Assembly (NCBI GenBank): GCA_964632555.1
Contig: CAZWDE010000002.1
Location: 1 to 42,619 of the forward strand
DNA from: an uncultured Limibaculum sp.
GTDB lineage: Bacteria; Pseudomonadota; Alphaproteobacteria; Rhodobacterales; Rhodobacteraceae
DNA: 42,619 nucleotides
Direction of reading: 5' to 3'
Below the pieces are notes generated by a model. That model searched no databases, had not been told where the DNA came from, and saw only the letters and a list, made by a program, of their open reading frames with translations. This document shows, in pieces, positions 1 through 9,245 of the stretch (the stretch's first letter is position 1; the number at the start of each line of letters is the position of its first letter). The translations under genes and the position numbers were made by a program.

Positions 1-1
1 C

Positions 2-1003
2 GGCTCGGCGGCGGCGGTCGCGGCCGATCTGTGCACTGCCGCGCTCGGCACCGACACCGGCGGCTCGATCCGCCAGCCCGCGGCCTTCACCGGCACCGTC
101 GGGATCAAGCCGACCTATGGCCGCTGCTCGCGCTGGGGGATCGTCGCCTACGCCTCCTCGCTCGACCAGGCGGGCCCCATGGCCAAGACCGTGCGCGACG
201 CCGCGATCCTGCTCGGCGGGATGGCCGGCCACGACGCGCGCGACTCGACCTCGGTCGACACGGCCGTGCCGGACTACGAGGCCGCGATCGGGCGCGACAT
301 CCGCGGCACGCGGATCGGCCTGCCCGTGGAGTACCGCGAGGGGCTGCCCGAGGAGACGGCGCGGCTCTGGGACGAGGGCGCGGCGATGCTGCGCGAGGCG
401 GGCGCCGAGACGCTCGAGATCCGCCTGCCCCACACCAAGGCCGCCCTGCCGGCCTACTACATCATCGCGCCGGCCGAGGCGTCGTCGAACCTCGCGCGCT
501 ACGACGGCGTCCGCTATGGCCGCCGGGCGCGCCTCGAGCAGGGCGACGGGATCGTCGATCTCTACGAGAAGACCCGCGCCGAGGGGTTCGGGCCCGAGGT
601 GCAGCGCCGCGTGATGATCGGCGCCTACGTGCTCTCGGCCGGCTACTACGACGCCTACTACCTGCGCGCGCAGAAGGTGCGGGCGCTGGTGCGGCGCGAC
701 TTCGACGCGGCGCTCGCCGAGGTCGACGCGATCCTCGCGCCGGTGACGCCCGGCACCGCCTTCCCGCTCGGCGCGATGGAGGGCGACCCGGTCGCGATGT
801 ATCTGCAGGACGTGTTCTCGGTCACGCTCAACCTCGCGGGGCTTCCCGGCATCGCGCTGCCGGTGGCGCTCGGGGCGAACGGACTGCCGCTCGGGCTCCA
901 GCTGATCGGGCGGGCCTGGGGCGAGGCCGAGATCGTCGCGCTCGCCGCCGCGCTCGAGGCGCGCGCGGGCTTCAGCGCCAAGCCCGCGCGATGGTGGGCC
1001 TGA
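2..1003 (+). CDS. gatA: Asp-tRNA(Asn)/Glu-tRNA(Gln) amidotransferase subunit A (5'-truncated by window edge)
   Basis: The frame is open from base 2: GSAAAVA...[31 protein letters not shown] (amidase signature), [15 protein letters not shown], and [26 protein letters not shown]. Confidence 0.97.
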   Translation, partial: GSAAAVAADLCTAALGTDTGGSIRQPAAFTGTVGIKPTYGRCSRWGIVAYASSLDQAGPMAKTVRDAAILLGGMAGHDARDSTSVDTAVPDYEAAIGRDIRGTRIGLPVEYREGLPEETARLWDEGAAMLREAGAETLEIRLPHTKAALPAYYIIAPAEASSNLARYDGVRYGRRARLEQGDGIVDLYEKTRAEGFGPEVQRRVMIGAYVLSAGYYDAYYLRAQKVRALVRRDFDAALAEVDAILAPVTPGTAFPLGAMEGDPVAMYLQDVFSVTLNLAGLPGIALPVALGANGLPLGLQLIGRAWGEAEIVALAAALEARAGFSAKPARWWA

Positions 1004-1021
1004 GCCGGCGGCTCGGGGGGC

Positions 1022-1201
1022 TCAGGCGGAGCCCGCGAGAAGCGCGGCGATCACACCGGCGCAGGCCGCGAAGAGCGCGAGCTCCCGCTCGAGGCCGACG
1101 ACGACGGCGATGGTCAGGGGCACGACGACGGCGAGCAGCATCGTCTGCGACGTGCTCAGCTCGAACGCCTCCACGATTCGGGGTGCGGTTTCGAAGTCCA
1201 T
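1022..1201 (-). CDS. small hypothetical membrane protein (59 aa, two hydrophobic segments)
   Basis: ATG at 1201 has GGAG about 8 nt upstream. MDFETAPRIVEAFELS is followed by two hydrophobic stretches. The ORF fills the gap between gatA and the next gene. Confidence 0.55.
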   Translation of the reverse strand: MDFETAPRIVEAFELSTSQTMLLAVVVPLTIAVVVGLERELALFAACAGVIAALLAGSA

Positions 1202-1413
1202 GCCGACAACTCCATCCGGCTCACAACGCACCCCCGCTCATGGTCACCCGAGACAGATAGTGCCTCAAACCGGCCACATTTCAAGTGTGTCGAACGCCCT
1301 CGGATCGGCCCGCCGCCCGCCCGCCCACCCCGGCGCGCCGATCCGAGGGCGGGTGACCGGGGCGGTCGGGGCGTGCTAGGGGAGCCCGAAGACCCAGAAC
1401 CGGGAGACCACCG

Positions 1414-1974
1414 ATGGCCCTTCAGGAGACGCCGATCTGCGAGTTCGGCCGCCCCGCGCCCGACTTCCGCCTGCCCGCGACCGACGGCAAGACCCATGCG
1501 CTCGCCGACATCCGGGGGCCGCGCGGCACGCTGATCATGTTCAACTGCAACCATTGTCCCTACGTGAAGGCGGTGGCCGACCGGATGGTGCGCGACGCGC
1601 GGGACCTGATGCCGCTCGGGATCGGGATCGCCGCGATCTGCTCGAACGACGCGACGACCCACCCCGAGGACAGCTTCGAGAACATGCGCCGGTTCGCGGA
1701 GCAGCACGGCTTCCCCTTCCCCTATCTCCACGACGAGACGCAGGAGGTGGCGCGGGCCTACGGCGCGGTCTGCACGCCGGACTTCTTCGGCTACGACGCG
1801 GATCTCGGGCTCCAGTATCGCGGGCGGCTCGACAGCTCGGGCGCGCGGCCGGCCGGGCGCGACGCGACGCGCGAGCTCTTCGAGGCGATGCGCCAGGTGG
1901 CCGAGACCGGCGAGGGCCCGCGCGAGCAGACGCCCTCCATGGGCTGCTCGATCAAGTGGAAGGCGGCGGCCTGA
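1414..1974 (+). CDS. thioredoxin-fold / AhpC-TSA family redoxin (PRX-like1)
   Basis: APDFRLP, CNHCPYV (CxxC), FPFPYLHDETQEVARAYGAVCTPDFF, C-terminal GCSIKWK; RBS GGGAG. Confidence 0.93.
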   Translation: MALQETPICEFGRPAPDFRLPATDGKTHALADIRGPRGTLIMFNCNHCPYVKAVADRMVRDARDLMPLGIGIAAICSNDATTHPEDSFENMRRFAEQHGFPFPYLHDETQEVARAYGAVCTPDFFGYDADLGLQYRGRLDSSGARPAGRDATRELFEAMRQVAETGEGPREQTPSMGCSIKWKAAA

Positions 1975-3142
1975 GCCGGATATAGGCGCGGAGCGCCGCG
2001 GCTCCGGCGGCGGGCCCGAGCGCGAGGGCCGCGAGGGCCGAGGGCCAGCCCGCGGCGGCGGCGAGGAGCGGCAGCCCCTGCACCGTCAGCGCGGTCAGCA
2101 GGAAGCCGAGCGCCGTCTGCAGCGTCATCAGCGAGCCCGCGCGCTCGGGCGGCGCGTGATCGGCGACCATCGTCGAGTAGAGCGCCGAGTCCGGGATGAT
2201 GGCGATCCCCCAGAGCACGAGCGCCGCGGCGACGAGCCAGGGCGCGCCGCCGAAGGCGAGGGCCGCGGCGAGCCCGGCCGCGCCGCTCAGCGCGAGGCAG
2301 CCGAGCGCGACCTCGGCCCGGCCGAGGCGGTCGGCGAGCCAGCCCGCCGGCACGCAGGCGAGGCCCCCGAGCGCGATCGCGGCGAAGGCGACGAGCTTGG
2401 CCGCGGCCGGATCCCCCGCTCCGGCGGCGGCGAGGGAGAGCCCGGCCGCCACGCCCACCCAGGCCCAGAAGGCATAGAGCTCCCACATGTGCCCGAGATA
2501 GCCGAGGATCGCATAGCGGAGCCGCGGCTCGGTCCAGGCGAGGCGGATGGCGCCGGGATCGAGCCGGGCGGCGCGCGCGTGGTGCGGCCCGAGGGCCGTG
2601 GCGAGCGCGAGGAGCCCGCCCGCGGCCGCGAGCGCCGAGCTCGCCGCGACCACCGCGCGCCAGTCGAGCCCGGCGCGTTCGCCCGCCCAGGCGAGGAGAT
2701 GCGGCGAGGCCGAGCCGAGCGTCAGCGCGCCGATCAGGAGCCCGACGAGGAGCGCGCGGTCGCGCGTGCCCCAGCCGACCGCGATCTTCATGCCGACCGG
2801 GTAGACGCCGGCGAGGGCCGCGCCGGCGAGCGCGCGGGCCGCGACCGCGGCCCACCCGCCGATCGGCAGGGCGAGGAGCGCGAGATTGGCCGCCGCGGCG
2901 ACCAGCGCGGAGAGGCAGAAGACCGTTCGCGGGTCGAAGCGGTCGGCGAGGCCGAGCAGCGCGTAGCCGAGCGCGCCCGCCGCGAAGCCGAGCTGCACGG
3001 CCGTCGAGAGCGGGCCGAGATCGCCCGCCGCGAGCCCCGCCTCGCGCGCCATCTCGGCGGTGACGGCGGCGGCGGAGAACCAGACCGAGAGGGCGGCGAC
3101 CTCGGCGAGGATGAGCAGCGCGATCGCGCGGCGTTTCGGCAT
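1952..3142 (-). CDS. MFS transporter
   Basis: About 12 hydrophobic helices with MFS loop motifs GLADRFDPR and GWLADRLGR; HMWELYAFWAW. Confidence 0.92.
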   Translation of the reverse strand: MPKRRAIALLILAEVAALSVWFSAAAVTAEMAREAGLAAGDLGPLSTAVQLGFAAGALGYALLGLADRFDPRTVFCLSALVAAAANLALLALPIGGWAAVAARALAGAALAGVYPVGMKIAVGWGTRDRALLVGLLIGALTLGSASPHLLAWAGERAGLDWRAVVAASSALAAAGGLLALATALGPHHARAARLDPGAIRLAWTEPRLRYAILGYLGHMWELYAFWAWVGVAAGLSLAAAGAGDPAAAKLVAFAAIALGGLACVPAGWLADRLGRAEVALGCLALSGAAGLAAALAFGGAPWLVAAALVLWGIAIIPDSALYSTMVADHAPPERAGSLMTLQTALGFLLTALTVQGLPLLAAAAGWPSALAALALGPAAGAAALRAYIRLRPPPST

Positions 3143-3158
3143 CGTTCCCTTCCCGCGA

Positions 3159-3187
3159 TTGACCCTGCCGTCGCGCGGCGATTAACT
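3159..3187 (+). promoter_or_regulatory. possible sigma70 promoter for the trans-sulfuration/GAF-channel operon
   Basis: TTGACC-N17-TTAACT, 45 nt upstream of the ATG at 3233. Confidence 0.3.
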
Positions 3188-3232
3188 CGGCAGGCGAACC
3201 AATGCCTTAGGCCGAGCGGGGGAGACGCGCAA

Positions 3233-4435
3233 ATGGCAGAGGACCACGCGCCGGGCCGCGATCACCGCTCGGTCGTGCGCCGGGGCCGGTGGCCGGCGAG
3301 CGCGACGCGCCCGCTCGTCACGCCGATCTGGCCGGCCGTCGCCTGGGAGGCCGAGGACGCCGACGCGCTCGACGCGACCTACGAGGGCGGCGCGGCGGGC
3401 TACACCTATGCGCGCGAGGGCCACCCGAACTGGTCGGTGCTGGCCGAGAAGCTCGACTGGATGGAGGGCGCGGCCGGGGGCGTCGTCACCGGCTCCGGCA
3501 TGGCGGCCGTCGGCGCCGTCTTCCTCGCGACCCTCGCCCGCGGCGATCACGTGGTGGCGGGCGACCAGCTCTATGGCCGCTCGCTGCGGCTCCTGCGCGA
3601 GGAGCTGCCGCGCATGGGCGTGGAGGTCAGCTTCGTCGACCCGACCGACGGCGCGGCCTTCGCCGCGGCGCTGCGGCCCGAGACGCGGCTCGCGCTCGTG
3701 GAGGTCGTCTCCAACCCGACGCTCCGCGTGGCCGACATGGAGGCGATCGCGGCCGCCTGCCGCGCGCGCGGCGTGGCGCTCGCCGTCGACAACACGTTCA
3801 CGACGCCCGAGACCTATCGCCCGATCCCCGGGGGCGCGGACTACACGATCCAGTCGGTCACCAAGCTGCTGGCGGGCCATGCCGACGTGACGCTCGGCTA
3901 TGTCGGCGCGCGCGAGCCCGAGGCGGCGCGGCGGGTCTACGACATCGTGGCGAGCTGGGGGATGACGCCCTCGCCCTTCGACTGCTGGCTGGCCGAGCGC
4001 GGGCTCCACACCTTCGCGCTCCGCTATGCCCGGGCCGAGGCCAACGCCGCGCGGCTCGCCGACCATCTGGCGGGGCTCGCGGGCGTCGAGCGGGTGATCT
4101 ATCCCGGGCGGCCGGACCATCCGGACCACAACCGCGCGATGGCGCTGCTCGGCGGGCATGGCGGGCACATGGTGAGCTTCCGCCTGCGCGGCGGGCGAGC
4201 CGCGGCCAACCGCTTCCTGCGCGCGGCCGAGCACCTGCCCTTCGCGCCGACCCTCGGCGACGTCGCGACGACGCTCTCCCACCCCGCCTCCTCCTCGCAT
4301 CGCGGCATGAGCGCGGCGGCGCGCGAGGCGCTCGGCATCACCGAGGGGTTCGTGCGCGTCTCGGTCGGGATCGAGGACCCGGAGCTCCTCCTTCCGGAGT
4401 TCGGAGAGGCCGTCGCGGCCGCGCGCGATGGCTGA
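3233..4435 (+). CDS. PLP-dependent trans-sulfuration enzyme (cystathionine gamma-synthase/lyase family)
   Basis: YTYAREGHPN, SGMAAV, VDNTFTTP, QSVTKLLAGHAD (PLP lysine), PTLGDVATTLSHP, RVSVGIED. ATG at 3233 follows a GGGAG RBS. Confidence 0.93.
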   Translation: MAEDHAPGRDHRSVVRRGRWPASATRPLVTPIWPAVAWEAEDADALDATYEGGAAGYTYAREGHPNWSVLAEKLDWMEGAAGGVVTGSGMAAVGAVFLATLARGDHVVAGDQLYGRSLRLLREELPRMGVEVSFVDPTDGAAFAAALRPETRLALVEVVSNPTLRVADMEAIAAACRARGVALAVDNTFTTPETYRPIPGGADYTIQSVTKLLAGHADVTLGYVGAREPEAARRVYDIVASWGMTPSPFDCWLAERGLHTFALRYARAEANAARLADHLAGLAGVERVIYPGRPDHPDHNRAMALLGGHGGHMVSFRLRGGRAAANRFLRAAEHLPFAPTLGDVATTLSHPASSSHRGMSAAAREALGITEGFVRVSVGIEDPELLLPEFGEAVAAARDG

Positions 4436-5474
4436 GGGCGCCGTCGCCACGGGGCGCGACTATGCAAGCCTGCGCAAGCGCATCCGCGCGCTCGCCGAGG
4501 GCGTCGACGACCCCGTGGCGCTGATGGCGACGATCGCCTGCGAGCTCTATCACGGCGCGGAGGGGTTCGACTGGGTCGGCTTCTACCGCGTGACCGCGCC
4601 CGAGATGCTGACGATCGGGCCTTATCAGGGCGGGCATGGCTGCCTGTCGATCCCCTTCGCCCGCGGGGTCTGCGGCGCGGCGGCGCGCACCGGGCGGACC
4701 GTGATCGTGCCCGACGTCGAGGCCTTTCCGGATCACATCGCCTGCTCGTCGAGCACGCGCTCGGAGATCGTGCTGCCGGTGCGCGACGCCGAGGGCCACC
4801 TGATCGCGGTGCTCGACATCGACAGCGACCGGCCGGACGCCTTCGCCGAGCGCGACCGGGCCGAACTCGAGGCGCTGCTCGACGAGATCTTCCGCCGGCC
4901 GCCGACGCCGCCGGAGCCGCCCGAGCGCCACGGGCTCCGCCGCGTGATCTTCGAGGACGACGTCTTCTACGGCCCGGTGCTGCTCGGCCTGCATTTCGCC
5001 ATCGCCCTGTTCGGCTGGGGCCTCGAATGGGCGTTCGCCGCGCCCAACCGCGTGGCGCCGGGCGAGCTCGCCGCGAGCTTCGTGATCGTCGCGCTGATGC
5101 TGGTGCCCGTGGGGCTGATCCTGCGCGCCTACTACCACCAGAAGGTGCGCCCGCTGCCGACCATCTTCTTCATGTTCGGCCATGCCGGGCTGATCGTCGT
5201 CGGCTTTGCCGGGATCTACGGCATGCTCGTCTACGGGCCGGCGGGCGGCTACGAGCCGGGGCAGGCGATCACGGCCGCGGGCTGCGAGCCGACCTGGGAG
5301 CGCAATCTCTACATGTCGGCGATCACCTTCACCACGGTGGGCTACGGCGACTGCACGCCCTACGGGATCACACGGCTGTTCGCCACGATGCAGGGCGTGA
5401 TGAGCGTGATCTTCCTCGGAACGACGATCGGCCTGATGACCGGGATCGCGCCGGCGGGCTCGGCCGACGACTGA
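4428..5474 (+). CDS. fusion of an MsrC/fRMsr-type GAF domain to a potassium-channel pore domain (Ion_trans_2-like)
   Basis: N-terminal WVGFY...GPYQG..GC..IPFARGVCG...HIACSS.TRSEIVLP...VLDIDS, then a Pro-rich linker, about 4 TM helices and a pore signature LYMSAITFTTVGYGD. Overlaps the upstream gene by 8 nt. Confidence 0.85.
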   Translation: MAEGAVATGRDYASLRKRIRALAEGVDDPVALMATIACELYHGAEGFDWVGFYRVTAPEMLTIGPYQGGHGCLSIPFARGVCGAAARTGRTVIVPDVEAFPDHIACSSSTRSEIVLPVRDAEGHLIAVLDIDSDRPDAFAERDRAELEALLDEIFRRPPTPPEPPERHGLRRVIFEDDVFYGPVLLGLHFAIALFGWGLEWAFAAPNRVAPGELAASFVIVALMLVPVGLILRAYYHQKVRPLPTIFFMFGHAGLIVVGFAGIYGMLVYGPAGGYEPGQAITAAGCEPTWERNLYMSAITFTTVGYGDCTPYGITRLFATMQGVMSVIFLGTTIGLMTGIAPAGSADD

Positions 5475-5484
5475 CCCGCCGGCC

Positions 5485-6147
5485 TCAGGCGATCTCCTCG
5501 TAGAGCGCGATGCGGCGGGGGTCGGCGCGGGCCTCGGCGATCCAGCGCGCCACCGGCTCGTGCCCCAGCACCCGGTCGGCATAGGCCGCCGTCTCCGGCC
5601 GGGTCAGCGCGTAGCTCCGGAGCCGGCTGGCGACCGGGGCATAGAAGACGTCGGCCGCCGTGAAGTCGGGGCCCGCGAGCCACGGCCCCCCGGTCTCCGC
5701 GAGCGCCCAGCCCCAGAGGGCCGCGAGCCGGTCCAGATCGGCGCCGAGCCCCTCGGGCACGGTGGCGAGCGGGCGCCCCTCGCGGTGCATGTTCATCGGC
5801 GCGACCCCGCGGAGCACCGGGAAGCCCGCATGCATCTCGGCGACGAGGCAGCGCGCGATCTCGCGGAGCCGCCGGTCGGCCGGCCAGATGCCCGCCGCGG
5901 CGTGGCGCTCGGCGAGCGTCTCGGCGATCGCGACGGTGTCCCACACGCGGCGGGTCGCGCCGTCCTCGCGCCACGAGAGCTGGGGCACGGTGCGCGCCGG
6001 AGCGCGTTCGGCGCGCATCCGGTCGAAGGCGGGCGTGTACATCGGCACGAGGTCCTCCTCGTGCTTGATCCCGAAGGCCGCGAGCAGCAGCCAGCCGCGC
6101 AGCGACCAGCTCGAATAGGCCTTGTCGCCGATGGTGATCGTGTACAT
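5485..6147 (-). CDS. glutathione S-transferase
   Basis: IGDKAYSSWSLRGWL, TVPQL, VWDTVAIAETLAE, AEMHAGF, FTAADVFYAPV. ATG at 6147 with GGGAGG RBS. Confidence 0.93.
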   Translation of the reverse strand: MYTITIGDKAYSSWSLRGWLLLAAFGIKHEEDLVPMYTPAFDRMRAERAPARTVPQLSWREDGATRRVWDTVAIAETLAERHAAAGIWPADRRLREIARCLVAEMHAGFPVLRGVAPMNMHREGRPLATVPEGLGADLDRLAALWGWALAETGGPWLAGPDFTAADVFYAPVASRLRSYALTRPETAAYADRVLGHEPVARWIAEARADPRRIALYEEIA

Positions 6148-6345
6148 CGCCGCCTCCCGTCCTGCACCGACCCGGGATCGTGGCGACGTGCGGGCGCGAG
6201 CGCAAATCAGGAAATCTGCGGAGACCGAGCACGCGCCGCGATGGTACCCGGCGGCGGGGGGCCGGGCGGCGCGGACCCGCCGGGCCGACGGCGCCTGCAA
6301 CCGCCCCGGGGTCTCGCCACACCGCCCGCCCTGCGCCCGCGCGGT

Positions 6346-6385
6346 CCGCCGCGAAATATTCAACGAAGCGTCACCGAACCGACGT
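6346..6385 (+). promoter_or_regulatory. degenerate tandem Pho-box-like 11-bp repeats upstream of the alkaline phosphatase
   Basis: 11-bp periodicity CCGCCGC-gaaa-TATTCAA-cgaa-GCGTCAC-cgaa-CCGACGT, resembling CTGTCAT-N4 units, about 100 nt before the phosphatase ATG. Confidence 0.35.
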
Positions 6386-6483
6386 TGTCCGCGCCGCCGG
6401 CCCGCCTTCATGTCGTGGGGTTGTGCGCGGGACGCCACCCGCCCGCGCCGGCCCGTCGTGTCATCCACCCAACGAGGTGCTCC

Positions 6484-7773
6484 ATGCTCCGGACCATGCT
6501 TCCGACGACGGCCCTCGCCCTCGTCCTCGCCGCCGCCCCGGCGCGCGCCCAGGACACGGGCAACGTGATCTTCCTCCACCCCGACGGCACCGGGGTGAAC
6601 CACTGGACCGCGGCCCGCATCGCCCATGCCGGCCCCGACGGCCAGCTCAACTGGGACCGCCTGCCGGCGATCGGCGTCTACACCGGCCACATGCGGACCC
6701 GCCTGACCGGCACGAGCCACGGCGGCGCGACCGTGCATGCCTACGGCGTCAAGGTCCACCACGACAGCTTCGGCCTCGACCGCGATCAGGAGATCACCGC
6801 GGCCTCGGGCGCGCAGATGTCGATCGCCGAGGAGGCGATGGCCGCCGGCAAGGCGGTCGCCCTCGTCCAGACCGGCCACATCGCCGAGCCGGGCACCGCG
6901 GCCTTCGTCGCCTCGAACGAGAGCCGCGGCGACCGCGAGGACATCGCGCGCCAGGTGATCGAGTCGGGCGCGCAGGTGATCATGGCCGGCGGCGAGCGCT
7001 ATCTCTTGCCGGAGGGCGTTCAGGGCCGCCACGGCGCCGGCGAGCGCGAGGACGGCCTCAACCTGATCGAGCGCGCCGAGGAGCTCGGCTACACCGTGGT
7101 CTACACGGCCGAGGAGCTCGCGGCCCTCGACCTCGCGGCGACCGAGCGTCTGCTCGGCGTCTTCGCCCGCCACCACACCTTCAACGACCAGGAGCGCGAG
7201 CGGAACCTGATCGAGGGCAAGCCGACCTATATCGAGGGCGCGCCGACGCTCGCCGAGATGACCGAGGCCGCGCTCGCCATCATCTCCCGCGACGAGGACG
7301 GCTTCTTCGCCGTCATCGAGGAGGAGGGCACCGACAACATCGCCAACAACATGAACGCCGCCGGCACGCTCGAGGCCCTCGGCCGGGCCGACGCCGCGGT
7401 GGGCGTGGCGATGGACTTCGTCGAGGCCAACCCCGACACCCTGCTGGTGATGGCGGCGGATTCCGACGCCGCGGGGCTCCAGGTCTATTCGGGCTCGCTC
7501 GCGCAGGAAGGCGAGCCGGTGCCCGCGGTGCCCGAGGGCGGCGGCGTGCTGCACGGCGTGCAGGGCAGCTTCGGCGACGTCTTCATGTCGGCGCCGGACG
7601 CCAACGGGGTCAGCCACCCCTTCGCGATCGCCTTCACCGGCTACGCCGACGTGGCCGGCGGCATCCTCGTGCGCGCGGCCGGCCTCAACGCCGACCAGGT
7701 GGAGCCGCTGATGGACAACACCGAGGTCTACACGCTGATGCACCGCACGCTCTTCGGCGCGCCGGGGCAGTGA
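6484..7773 (+). CDS. phoA: secreted alkaline phosphatase (PhoA family, atypical metal ligands)
   Basis: Signal peptide ending APARA-Q; NVIFLHPDG, GTSHGGAT (catalytic Ser region), VIMAGGE, PTLAEMTEAAL, GFFAVIEEEGTD, MDNTEVY. Confidence 0.85.
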   Translation: MLRTMLPTTALALVLAAAPARAQDTGNVIFLHPDGTGVNHWTAARIAHAGPDGQLNWDRLPAIGVYTGHMRTRLTGTSHGGATVHAYGVKVHHDSFGLDRDQEITAASGAQMSIAEEAMAAGKAVALVQTGHIAEPGTAAFVASNESRGDREDIARQVIESGAQVIMAGGERYLLPEGVQGRHGAGEREDGLNLIERAEELGYTVVYTAEELAALDLAATERLLGVFARHHTFNDQERERNLIEGKPTYIEGAPTLAEMTEAALAIISRDEDGFFAVIEEEGTDNIANNMNAAGTLEALGRADAAVGVAMDFVEANPDTLLVMAADSDAAGLQVYSGSLAQEGEPVPAVPEGGGVLHGVQGSFGDVFMSAPDANGVSHPFAIAFTGYADVAGGILVRAAGLNADQVEPLMDNTEVYTLMHRTLFGAPGQ

Positions 7774-7779
7774 GCCTCC

Positions 7780-7802
7780 GGGGGCGCGGCCGCCGCGCCC
7801 CC
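7780..7802. terminator. GC-rich hairpin between convergent phosphatase and dctM
   Basis: GGGGGCGCGG-ccg-CCGCGCCCCC is a perfect 10-bp stem; no long U-tract. Confidence 0.55.
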
Positions 7803-7813
7803 TTGTCCCGACC

Positions 7814-9199
7814 TCAGCCGATGACGAGGGAGGGCAGCCACAGCACGATGCCGGGGAAGGCGATCAGCACCGCCACCGTCGCGGCATCGGCGAGGAAGAA
7901 GGGCGAGGCGCCGCGGAAGACGTCCTGCACGCTGATGTCGTGGCGCTCGCCGGCCACGCCCGCCACCACGTAGCAGTTGAGCCCGATGGGCGGCGTGATC
8001 AGGCAGAGCTCGGCCATCTTCACAACGATGATGCCGAACCAGACGGCGCACTGGTCGGCCGTCATCCCGAGCGCGCTCTCCTCCGCGCTGCCCCCCTCGC
8101 CCCCGTTGAGCGCGATCACGGCCGGGAAGGTGATCGGCAGGGTGAGGATCAGCATGCCGATCGCGTCCATGAACATGCCGAGGATCACGTAGGCGCCGAG
8201 GATCATCAAGAGCGTCAGCATCGGCGACTGCTCGAGCCCGGCAATCCAGTCGGCGAAGGCGCCGGGCAGGTCGGCATAGCCGAGATAGCGCACATAGATC
8301 AGCACGCCCCAGATCATCGTGAAGATCATCGCCGTCAGCTTGGCGCTCTCGACCAGCGCGCCCGAGAGCTCCTTCCAGCGCATGCCGCGGGCGAGCGCCA
8401 TCAGCAGCACGACGAAGGCGCCGAGGGCGCCCGCCTCGGTGGGCGTGCCCCAGCCGCCGTAGATGCAGAAGATGATGATGAAGACGACGAAGAGGATCGG
8501 CAGCGCCCCCGGCAGCGCGCCGAACCGCTCGCGCCACGTGAAGCCGCCGACCGGGGGGCCGAGATCGGGGCGCAGCCGGGCGAGGCCGATCACCAGCCCG
8601 CCGTAGATGAGCGCCGAGACGAGGCCGGGGAGGAACCCCGCCATCAGCAGCTGGCCGACCGAGCTTTCGGTGATGATGGCGTAGATGACGAGGATCGCCG
8701 AGGGCGGGATCAGCGAGGCGAGCGTGCCGCCCGCCGCGACCACGCCCGCCGCGAAGCGCTTGTCGTAGGAGAGCTTGAGCATCTCGGGGATCGCGATGCG
8801 CGCGAAGACCGCCGACGTGGCGACCGAGGCGCCCGAGACCGCGGCGAAGCCCGCGGTGGCGAAGACGGTCGAGACGCCGAGGCCCCCCGGCAGCCAGGCG
8901 ACCCAGCGCTTGGCCGCCTCGAAGAGCGCGCGCGTGAGGCCGGCATAGTAGGCGAGATAGCCGATCAGGATGAAGGTGGGGATCAGCGAGAGCACGTGCG
9001 TCGACATCTTGGAGTGCGGCACCTGGCCCGCGATCTTGAGCGCGGTCTCGAAGCCGCGGGCGAAGCCCTGCCGCTCGGCGAAGATCCAGACGAGGCCGAC
9101 GAAGCCGATGAGCGCGGTCGCGAAGGCGACGCGCATGCCGAGCAGCACGAGCAGGATCAGGACGCCGGCGAGGAGGATGGAGACCTCGATCGTGGTCAT
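7814..9199 (-). CDS. dctM: TRAP transporter large permease
   Basis: GFAAVSGASVA, AAGGTLASLIPPSA, GTPTEAGA, LITPPIGLNCYV; highly hydrophobic. Confidence 0.95.
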   Translation of the reverse strand: MTTIEVSILLAGVLILLVLLGMRVAFATALIGFVGLVWIFAERQGFARGFETALKIAGQVPHSKMSTHVLSLIPTFILIGYLAYYAGLTRALFEAAKRWVAWLPGGLGVSTVFATAGFAAVSGASVATSAVFARIAIPEMLKLSYDKRFAAGVVAAGGTLASLIPPSAILVIYAIITESSVGQLLMAGFLPGLVSALIYGGLVIGLARLRPDLGPPVGGFTWRERFGALPGALPILFVVFIIIFCIYGGWGTPTEAGALGAFVVLLMALARGMRWKELSGALVESAKLTAMIFTMIWGVLIYVRYLGYADLPGAFADWIAGLEQSPMLTLLMILGAYVILGMFMDAIGMLILTLPITFPAVIALNGGEGGSAEESALGMTADQCAVWFGIIVVKMAELCLITPPIGLNCYVVAGVAGERHDISVQDVFRGASPFFLADAATVAVLIAFPGIVLWLPSLVIG

Positions 9200-9245
9200 C
9201 GCGCGGCACCGGGCGGCGTCGGGGGGCTCGGCGGCCTCGGGCGGC

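Noticed and set aside
1255-1285. Possible RpoH/sigma70 promoter (CTTGAA…CTATCT) for the small membrane protein
   Set aside because: The spacer is 19 nt, longer than the consensus, so I cannot support it.
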